Source of the DNA: Bdellovibrionota bacterium
Lineage (GTDB): Bacteria; Bdellovibrionota_C; UBA2361; JBIKWN01
DNA length: 19,037 nucleotides
Reading direction: 5' to 3'
Assembly (NCBI GenBank): GCA_044356295.1
Contig: JBIKWN010000051.1
Coordinates: forward strand, 1 to 19,037
Below the pieces are notes generated by a model. The model was not told the origin of the DNA. It saw nothing but the letters and a program-made list of their open reading frames with translations, and ran no database searches. Positions 1 to 7,049 of the stretch are shown piece after piece (within the stretch, counting starts at the first letter, position 1; each line of letters starts with the position of its first letter). Position numbers and translations under genes: made by a program.

Positions 1-435
1 CTCACCTAAAAAATCTTTTGGATATTGTTGATATGCTCGGTCAGCAATCACTGCTCCTTCACCTACCCCAGCTACTATAGCTGGCAACGGCTCAGCCACA
101 TCTCTCTCATTTTGAATTGATTGAGCTAGACGAATGAGTTCACCTGCAAGATACCGACAAGCTGGGTCTGTTTGTATAGTGTTTACATACTGACCATAAG
201 GAACACCAATGACGAGAGTATGACTATCAAGAAGGAGCGAAAGATTCTGCTCTACTTGTTGATCCCATCCATTTTTGCCTGTAAAAAAAATGACTGTTCT
301 GAAAATGTCATCATTTCCTTTATAGAGTCTGAGATCTCCAAAACGTTCAGTCTTCCAAGTTTCAAGGGTGACTTGTGCGTATCCGTGATCCGAAGAACCA
401 AGACAAAAGATAAAAAACAAAAAAAAGTATTTCAT
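1..435 (-). CDS. acvB: AcvB/VirJ-family periplasmic alpha/beta-hydrolase (aminoacyl-phosphatidylglycerol hydrolase), 5' part only; runs off the left edge
   Basis: Not in the ORF track because there is no stop in the window. Manual translation from ATG 435-433 is open for 145 codons: MKYFFLFFIFCLGSSDHGYAQ (signal-peptide-like) ...ERFGDLRLYKG...TVIFFTGKNGWD...LVIGVPYGQYV...CRYLAGELIRLAQSIQ...PAIVAGVGEGAVIA. This resembles the AcvB/VirJ N-terminal domain. ATGA overlap with the mprF stop matches the known lpiA/mprF-acvB pairing. Confidence 0.8.
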   Translation of the reverse strand, partial: MKYFFLFFIFCLGSSDHGYAQVTLETWKTERFGDLRLYKGNDDIFRTVIFFTGKNGWDQQVEQNLSLLLDSHTLVIGVPYGQYVNTIQTDPACRYLAGELIRLAQSIQNERDVAEPLPAIVAGVGEGAVIADRAYQQYPKDFLGE

Positions 436-3008
436 TTAGCAAAAATCCCTTTTACTCCACCGGATATGAGACTTGCAATATCTCGAAGTATAAATGGCAA
501 AGAGACTCCGCCTGGATATACTAGATACCGTGGTGACCATTCAGGGTCATATTTGTCTTTAAAGTTTCTAAGTCCCTGAAAATTATAAAACCGTCCACCT
601 CTCTTAAAGACTACTTCTGCAAGACGATTCCACCACGGTGCAAAAGGTCGATTTTCAAATCCCGAAAATGGTGCCATCCCAAGATTAAAAGTTTGAAAAC
701 CATTATCACGGCCCCAAAGCATTAACTCTGTAAAGAGAAAATCCATAATTCCTGGAGCTGTATTTGGAATATATCGCATGAGATCAAGGGATAGCTCGAA
801 TTTATTAGTCGTTGCCAAAATATTTGCAAATCCAACAAGCTCTCCGTTTTTTCTTACTAAAGCCGCTGGACATTTACTTAAATAGGATTCATTAAAGAAT
901 CCAAGCGAAAATCCTTTTTCACGTGTATTTTTTTCTTTGAGCCACCTATCAGATATATCTTTAAATTGGTCTAAATAATTCGGAACTTGTTCCACTGAGA
1001 TCACTTCAAAGGTGAGTCCTTCTCGAATGCAGCGATTTCGTTGGTGTCTGAGAGTTGCACGTTTCTTACCTTCAATTTTAAATGTTGGTAAATTTACAAC
1101 AGCTTCTTCACCAATTTTTAAAACTGATAGACCCGCTTCGATATAAACCCAAAGGAATTTTTCTTTTACTTCATAAAATACTGCTTTTCCACCAATGCGT
1201 TTGCTCATTTCATAAAAATCCCAGATGAGTTCAGCACTCTTAATCTCATCAGCAACTGGATCTCCAAAGGATACAACGCTTCGTCCTTCTATCTCGTACA
1301 TTATAAAGCCTGAACGATCTTCATTGAAAAAAATCTGTTTATCTCCTAGTAATGAAAGGAAATGGTTTGTCGTACTTGTTTTTTCAAGGATCGTTCCAAG
1401 GGCAGATATATCATCAGTCGTTGTATCGTTATTGGTATTCACTGCAGGCGAAAACAATCGAAATAATCCAATTGCAAACGCTAATATAGAAACACCAAGC
1501 GTTGCCCGAAGCGACCTTGATACGTGAGCTTCTGTCGTGAGCTGCCACCATAATGTATGAGCATAATCGATATCTTTGAAACAAAAGAAAAGAATCCCAA
1601 TAAGGCCACCAATAACCCCAAGAATAAGAACCCACCAATTAGACTCACCTACAGAATCAATTAACTTAGAATCTCGATAGAAAAAATCACGGGCTGGATA
1701 AACAGCAATCAGAACAATTGTTAGAAACAAGGCTTCGTCGATATCAAATCCTTTGACAATTGCTAGCACAATGGCGAGGGCAAGAAGGCCAACCGTTCCG
1801 TAATAAGCCGCTGTGACTCTTTTATTGAGCCCTTGTGCAAGTATCAGGAGCACTACTCCGATGATGCTACTAATAAAGTGTGAAAATTCTATTGCTGTAA
1901 GAGGAAAAAGATCCGCAATAATTGAAAACCGTTCTTCATTGGGCGGTACAGCACCTGAAATAATCAAAAGAACTCCAGCCGTAGCAACCTGAATCGTCAG
2001 AAATATTGGTGACAGCGCAGTGACAGGTTTTACTATAAATTTTCCGGCTGCTAATAGTCTTTCTCGGTGCAATCTAATTTCATATGCACCTAACAAAAAT
2101 GATGCAAGAAATAACGGGAGCAAATAATAAATAGATCGAAAAATAAGCAACGAACCAAGTAACGGGGCAGCATGATAATAAGGTTTTAAAAGCGCAATCA
2201 TTGCTCCTTCAAAAACACCAATTCCTCCCGGCACATGACTAATAAGACCAATCGCTTGAGAAGCTAAGAAAACTTTTATAAAAAACCAAATACTTACTTT
2301 TTCAGGATGAGGTAATAGTACGTAAAGAACGAGGGCAGACGTAAGCCAATCAATCATTGCGATACAAATACCTGTGAAAAGAGTTGACCCACGAGGCAGT
2401 TGCAGAGTGAAACCAAAAAGAGTTATATAACTTACTTTATAGAGATGAATAATAAGAGGAAGAATCAGGGGCAATAGGGTTAAGAACCATCCAACTGGTT
2501 TTAACCAAAAAATCATCGCCTTAGGGATAAAAGCAAATGATGGGGCAATCACAAGGGATGAGCCCAAAACAAACGAAAACCCGAGCCATAAAAACAACGA
2601 ATTGTAAGCAACAATATTTGCAACCTCGCCTGGTGTAATTCCCCAATTACCCAAAAGCCTCATCCGTACTGCACCGCCAGTAAAAATTGGAAAACCTAAG
2701 TTATGACTCAATGCATAGCTACAGAAACTTTCAAAACTAATTTTCAGATAAGAGATTTTTTTATTGAGTAACTTAAGACCAGAGTAATCATAAAAAGACA
2801 ATAAAAAATAACTAATAAAAGTTAAAAGTATCGCCCAACCAAGTTGATGATACTTGATTGTTTTTGTTGCATTAACTATGTCTACTAATTCAAAATCATT
2901 AAGCTCTTTATACAATGCCCAAGAAGCAAGACAAAAAATTGCTATTGATAAAGCTGGCATCTTAAAACGCGAGAGCACAGTACTATGAGTTGAAACTTCT
3001 GCAGACAT
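432..3008 (-). CDS. mprF: Bifunctional aminoacyl(lysyl)-phosphatidylglycerol flippase/synthetase MprF (LpiA type)
   Basis: 858 aa with many TM helices (SHVPGGIGVFE, FRSIYYLLP) and a C-terminal synthase domain (KIGEEAVV, EKGFSLG, LDLMR, FNLGMAP, FYNFQGLRNFKDKYDPEW-PRYL). Confidence 0.96.
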   Translation of the reverse strand: MSAEVSTHSTVLSRFKMPALSIAIFCLASWALYKELNDFELVDIVNATKTIKYHQLGWAILLTFISYFLLSFYDYSGLKLLNKKISYLKISFESFCSYALSHNLGFPIFTGGAVRMRLLGNWGITPGEVANIVAYNSLFLWLGFSFVLGSSLVIAPSFAFIPKAMIFWLKPVGWFLTLLPLILPLIIHLYKVSYITLFGFTLQLPRGSTLFTGICIAMIDWLTSALVLYVLLPHPEKVSIWFFIKVFLASQAIGLISHVPGGIGVFEGAMIALLKPYYHAAPLLGSLLIFRSIYYLLPLFLASFLLGAYEIRLHRERLLAAGKFIVKPVTALSPIFLTIQVATAGVLLIISGAVPPNEERFSIIADLFPLTAIEFSHFISSIIGVVLLILAQGLNKRVTAAYYGTVGLLALAIVLAIVKGFDIDEALFLTIVLIAVYPARDFFYRDSKLIDSVGESNWWVLILGVIGGLIGILFFCFKDIDYAHTLWWQLTTEAHVSRSLRATLGVSILAFAIGLFRLFSPAVNTNNDTTTDDISALGTILEKTSTTNHFLSLLGDKQIFFNEDRSGFIMYEIEGRSVVSFGDPVADEIKSAELIWDFYEMSKRIGGKAVFYEVKEKFLWVYIEAGLSVLKIGEEAVVNLPTFKIEGKKRATLRHQRNRCIREGLTFEVISVEQVPNYLDQFKDISDRWLKEKNTREKGFSLGFFNESYLSKCPAALVRKNGELVGFANILATTNKFELSLDLMRYIPNTAPGIMDFLFTELMLWGRDNGFQTFNLGMAPFSGFENRPFAPWWNRLAEVVFKRGGRFYNFQGLRNFKDKYDPEWSPRYLVYPGGVSLPFILRDIASLISGGVKGIFAK

Positions 3009-3094
3009 TCTTCGTGGATCTTAGCAATTTCAGTGGAAATCTACCAACGAACATAAGTCATCCGATGTAGTTGCAAGTATAGGGAATAGACGAT

Positions 3095-3619
3095 TTAGGC
3101 TTTTAATTTCCGTTGTAAACTTCTGCGATGCAGACCTAGTACTTTCGCTGTCTGAGTAACGTTGCCATCAAATTCATCAAAGACTCGATTTGTATATTCT
3201 TTTGTAACTTCGTCTAAAGAAGGAAATATTGTTGCAGTACGTGCCTGTAAAACAGGATCAGCCGAATCAACAATTGAAAAAAGTTTTACAAAAGGGACAG
3301 GTTTCGTCAGAAATTCTTTAGCTCCAAGTTTAATCGCATCGACTGCAGATTGAATACTTCCAAAACCAGTATAAACAACGATTCGGCACAGTGGATATTT
3401 TTTGTGTATAGCTTCAACTGCAATAAGCCCAGAGCGACGTGGCTCCATTCGTAGGTCTATTAACGCATGGGTACATTGAAATGTTTCAATGAGTTTTAGT
3501 GCATCATCGGCAGATGATGCCTCGACTACGAGATAGCCTTTCTTCACAAAAGCTTTATTGAGCTGCATTCGCAGGTCAGCATCATCATCACAAATTAAAA
3601 TCGACTTAACTGCGTTCAT
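3095..3619 (-). CDS. regA: RegA/PrrA/ActR-family response regulator (REC plus Fis-type HTH)
   Basis: ILICDDD, phosphoacceptor IDLRM, TGFGSI..AVDAIKLGA..FLTKP, and C-terminal GNVTQTAKVLGLHRRSLQRKL typical of RegA. Overlaps the kinase 3' end by 14 bp. Confidence 0.88.
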   Translation of the reverse strand: MNAVKSILICDDDADLRMQLNKAFVKKGYLVVEASSADDALKLIETFQCTHALIDLRMEPRRSGLIAVEAIHKKYPLCRIVVYTGFGSIQSAVDAIKLGAKEFLTKPVPFVKLFSIVDSADPVLQARTATIFPSLDEVTKEYTNRVFDEFDGNVTQTAKVLGLHRRSLQRKLKA

Positions 3620-4949
3620 TGTTTAATTCTAATGGGATATCTAACGTAACTAAAGCTCCAATAATCATGTCACCATCTTTACTAAATTGATTCTCGATAA
3701 CAAGTCCACCTCCACCTTGTTCTAAAAAATCCTTCACTAGAAAAAGCCCCAAGCCTAATCCTTGATTCTTTTGCAATGAAAAAAGTGGTTGTCCAAAATG
3801 GTTTAAAATTTCATCTCGAAATCCAGGTCCAAAATTAAATATTGAAATTTTTACTAAGGAATTTTGAATCTCAGAAACCCCTCGTACATGAATAACTTTT
3901 TGTTTTGTACCATACCGAACGGCATTATCTATCACTGTTGATAAGGCAAGTATCAGGCCTTCTGAAGGTAAACGAGAGGTGATGTTTTGCAAATCAGGAC
4001 TAAATTCCACTTCAATACTTGCATCATCAGCAAACCTTGTAAAAGAGCGGTCAATGATATCTTTTAAAGTCATAACATCTGATTGATTTGTAACTTCAGC
4101 TTCTAATGAACTATAACTTTCTCGCATTTTTTGTATGGCATCCGAAGCTTTTGCAAGAGACTTTTGAAGTAATGAAATCTGTTGTACGTGCTCGCTTGTT
4201 TGAATATCAGTATCAGTACTTAAAACGTTTTCACTTAAGTCGTCAGCTATCATTGTAGCAGTCGTTAAAGGTGTAGCAAGTTGATGTGCAAGTTGCGCAG
4301 CAATCGAATGTACTGCAGCACGTTGATAATGTTTATTCGCAAGATCTTTAATAACACTAAAATTTTTACGCTCTTTTTCAAGTCTTTGCTGAAAGCCAAC
4401 CAAGAAAAAAGATATAAAAAATCCAATAATCAAAAATGAAATAAACATTCCATGCAAGTGAACTGAAAATCCTAGTGGATCATGACTGTGATGCTGATGA
4501 TGCCCAGACATTTCTAGAAGTGGAATAGAAATATAAAAGTTAAATAAAACGATGAGCGATACTACCGTCGCAGAAAAGACAAGCCAGGTGTCCTTAGGGG
4601 TTAGAAAAAATGCTGCTTCTACAATAAGCACTAGATAGAACATCGAAAATGGATTTTGATATCCTCCATAAAAGTAAAGAAATGCTGTAAGCAGTACTGT
4701 ATCAATAGCTATTCCAATACGCATAGCAGTCATAATTGATTGATGCTTTGATTGATCAACGACGAGATACAGATTGGATAATATAAGAATACAAACAACG
4801 AGCAGAAGCGGCGGCTGAAATAAAACGATATCAAGAGTAAAATGAAACAATACAGACAATAAAACGATGACTACGGCAGCAGCCCACCTAATAGTAATAA
4901 ATGTTTCAAATGAGGCTTTTAAATCAGTTTTCAAGGTCCCTCTATTCAA
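3606..4949 (-). CDS. regB: RegB/PrrB/ActS-like membrane sensor histidine kinase (divergent)
   Basis: About 6 TM segments, IRW motif near the N-terminus, GGYQNPF (GGxxNPF), H-box AHQLATPL, N-box IDNAVRY, G1 NFGPGF, G2 GLGLGLFLV. TTG start is uncertain. Confidence 0.82.
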   Translation of the reverse strand: MNRGTLKTDLKASFETFITIRWAAAVVIVLLSVLFHFTLDIVLFQPPLLLVVCILILSNLYLVVDQSKHQSIMTAMRIGIAIDTVLLTAFLYFYGGYQNPFSMFYLVLIVEAAFFLTPKDTWLVFSATVVSLIVLFNFYISIPLLEMSGHHQHHSHDPLGFSVHLHGMFISFLIIGFFISFFLVGFQQRLEKERKNFSVIKDLANKHYQRAAVHSIAAQLAHQLATPLTTATMIADDLSENVLSTDTDIQTSEHVQQISLLQKSLAKASDAIQKMRESYSSLEAEVTNQSDVMTLKDIIDRSFTRFADDASIEVEFSPDLQNITSRLPSEGLILALSTVIDNAVRYGTKQKVIHVRGVSEIQNSLVKISIFNFGPGFRDEILNHFGQPLFSLQKNQGLGLGLFLVKDFLEQGGGGLVIENQFSKDGDMIIGALVTLDIPLELNNERS

Positions 4950-4970
4950 TTTGAGCCTAAATAATGTATC

Positions 4971-4997
4971 CTATCGGCTCTTATGGTTCATATTGTA
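4971..4997 (-). promoter_or_regulatory. Candidate sigma28 (FliA)-type promoter upstream of regB
   Basis: Minus strand reads TACA-N15-GCCGATAG versus the consensus TAAA-N15-GCCGATAA (10/12 match, exact spacing), ending 21 nt before the regB TTG. Confidence 0.35.
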
Positions 4998-5013
4998 TTG
5001 CATCGGCTAAGGA

Positions 5014-5994
5014 ATGAAATATAAAAGCCTTCTAAAAATTGCGCTGAGTGCTCTGATGCTCATACTTGTCGTGCGTGTCATAAATTATGACAAACTTGCA
5101 GCAGTGATGACAAACCTCTCGTTAGAAGCGGTCTGTATGATCATTATTCTTTACGCTCTTGGTCAGGTTATGAGTGCTCTAAAATGGTGGATACTCCTGA
5201 ACAAATCTGGTCTTCATGTATCATTTCGAAAAACCCTTAAAAGCTATTTTATAGGAATGTTCGTTAATTGTTTTGGTCTCGGTACTGTCGGTGGCGATCT
5301 TTCTCGTGCACTTCTTGTTTCAACTGGTGAAGAATCAAAAATTACTGCTATCTCATCTGTGATTGCTGATAGAGCTCATGGACTTGCAGTGCTTGCAACA
5401 ATTGGTTCATGTGCAGCGCTTATCTTTGGGAGCACCCTTCTTGCACCAGAGTACATGATGACGATGATAGCTGTTGGAATCTGCACAATTTCTGGTTGGT
5501 TTATTGGTCCTATTATCGTAAGAAAATTTCTTCCTTCTAATCATCGTTTTAGAAATAAAATGGAAGAAGTACTTCGCGTTTTTCCTAACCAAAAAAGAGT
5601 ACTCCTTTTAATGACTGGTATCTCTTTTCTGTTTCATGTGCTTCAAATCTCACTGCACTATGTTATGGGATATTTTTTATTTTTAGATCTCCCACTAAAA
5701 GAACTCTTTGTAATCATTCCTCTTATTAATATTTTAAGTACCCTTCCAATTTCATGGAATGGTCTTGGTGTTCGCGAAAAAGCGTACCAAACGTTTCTTG
5801 CACCGACGCTGATTTCTAATGAACATGCGCTTGCTTTTGGTGCGCTGTGGTTGCTTTCGGTTACTGTATGTAGTGCGATTGGGGGATTGTTTGCGGTGTT
5901 GTCCGAAGATTTCAGGGATATTCTTAGAGAATCTAAGGGGATCTCCACCCATAAAACTTCTGATAAGTCCGTAAAAGCTACTATCGAGATCTGA
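5014..5994 (+). CDS. Lysylphosphatidylglycerol-synthase TM domain (UPF0104, flippase-like) membrane protein
   Basis: 326 aa, hydrophobic. Motifs ALKWWILL, YFIGMFVN, GTVGGDLSR, SVIADR..GL, LPISWNGLGVRE. SD-like TAAGGA abuts the ATG. Confidence 0.88.
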   Translation: MKYKSLLKIALSALMLILVVRVINYDKLAAVMTNLSLEAVCMIIILYALGQVMSALKWWILLNKSGLHVSFRKTLKSYFIGMFVNCFGLGTVGGDLSRALLVSTGEESKITAISSVIADRAHGLAVLATIGSCAALIFGSTLLAPEYMMTMIAVGICTISGWFIGPIIVRKFLPSNHRFRNKMEEVLRVFPNQKRVLLLMTGISFLFHVLQISLHYVMGYFLFLDLPLKELFVIIPLINILSTLPISWNGLGVREKAYQTFLAPTLISNEHALAFGALWLLSVTVCSAIGGLFAVLSEDFRDILRESKGISTHKTSDKSVKATIEI

Positions 5995-6132
5995 GAAAAT
6001 CTTTGAATCTTTGTAGGCAGAATTTCCAATCAATACAACTCATTGAATTAATTAAGAAAAATCTTCTACTTTATAAATCTATAATTTTTTTTATAAGCTG
6101 CTTTGTTATATTGAAAAGACATAACGATTGAT

Positions 6133-6816
6133 ATGAATATGTTTGATGAAAAAGATAAAAGAGACTCCGGACAAGGACAACGAAGTAAGACCCCTGCCCT
6201 CTATAAACCTTTTGATGCAAGTACTCTTCCATCACGTGATGATATAGATAAAAAAATCTCGCATAATCTTGGAATATTGTTATTTGAATTGAATGCTTCG
6301 GATCCTGCCGTTCGTCATGATGCTGAATTAGCAATTGATAAATTGAAACTACAGGTACGCAAGCAAGTAAATGCTGGTGATACTTTTGTTCAAGCGGGTG
6401 AAATCTACCTCGTGGTTCCAGAGAGTATAATTTCTGAACAAATAAATGATTCTGAATATAGGATGAGAAATATTCATAGAGTAGAACAGTTAACTACATT
6501 ACTTAATCATAATTTTGATATTCATGCAGCACATACATTTTCGGGTAGATCGAATGGTACTCGCATTGTCGAATGTGTTAAGCATCTCAACAGGGATGCA
6601 GAACATATAGGTACTGTAAAAAAATTTGATAGTGCAGACTTAAATACAGTCCATTTAGCCCCGATTCTAAAAGCCTTTAGTCAGCAAAGTGGGAAACAGT
6701 TCTCGTCAATCTGCAATACCGTTGTTAGTTTATTGTCAGACCAAGTACCCCCTGATGCACTCAATGCTTACTTGTGTGAACTGAAAAGCGAAGAAGCATT
6801 ACTAAATTCAATTTAG
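6133..6816 (+). CDS. Hypothetical soluble protein (orphan-like)
   Basis: 227-aa ORF with ATG start that fills the gap between flanking genes and follows a 138-bp AT-rich intergenic region. No family recognised. Confidence 0.7.
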   Translation: MNMFDEKDKRDSGQGQRSKTPALYKPFDASTLPSRDDIDKKISHNLGILLFELNASDPAVRHDAELAIDKLKLQVRKQVNAGDTFVQAGEIYLVVPESIISEQINDSEYRMRNIHRVEQLTTLLNHNFDIHAAHTFSGRSNGTRIVECVKHLNRDAEHIGTVKKFDSADLNTVHLAPILKAFSQQSGKQFSSICNTVVSLLSDQVPPDALNAYLCELKSEEALLNSI

Positions 6817-6823
6817 CACATTA

Positions 6824-7036
6824 CTACTCAGACTCTTCTCTTTGCGAATCATCTAATATTTTTTTTGCTTGATTCAATGTGTCTTGAGTTTGCTTATCAG
6901 CGTGCGATACCGCTTCATGAGCTTTTTTGATTGATTCCTTTGCTTGATCATTTTCAGCTTTACATCCAACTAGTGAAGACGCTGCCAAAGACAAGCAGGT
7001 ACAAAATAGCAAGATTGGACTAAATTTATTATTCAT
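6824..7036 (-). CDS. Small helical lipoprotein, 70 aa
   Basis: Start reassigned from 7147 to the ATG at 7036, 13 bp after the lon stop. MNNKFSPILLFCTCLSLAASSLVG-C has a lipobox LVGC, followed by a charged coiled-coil-like mature part. Confidence 0.75.
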   Translation of the reverse strand: MNNKFSPILLFCTCLSLAASSLVGCKAENDQAKESIKKAHEAVSHADKQTQDTLNQAKKILDDSQREESE

Positions 7037-7049
7037 AAAAAGTGCCAGC

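Noticed and set aside
172..579. 135-aa plus-strand ORF
   Set aside because: Antisense shadow of the acvB 5' end and mprF 3' end; no recognisable motifs.
1225..1638. Short ORFs inside mprF (1225..1527 +, 1429..1638 -)
   Set aside because: Fully nested in a well-supported gene; alternative-frame artefacts.
5407..6334. Minus-strand ORFs opposite the flippase gene and the 227-aa ORF
   Set aside because: Antisense shadows without motifs or start signals.
6813..6819. TTAGCAC, resembling a CIRCE left arm
   Set aside because: No GAGTGCTAA right arm at 9-bp spacing, and it sits between convergent stop codons rather than in a promoter.
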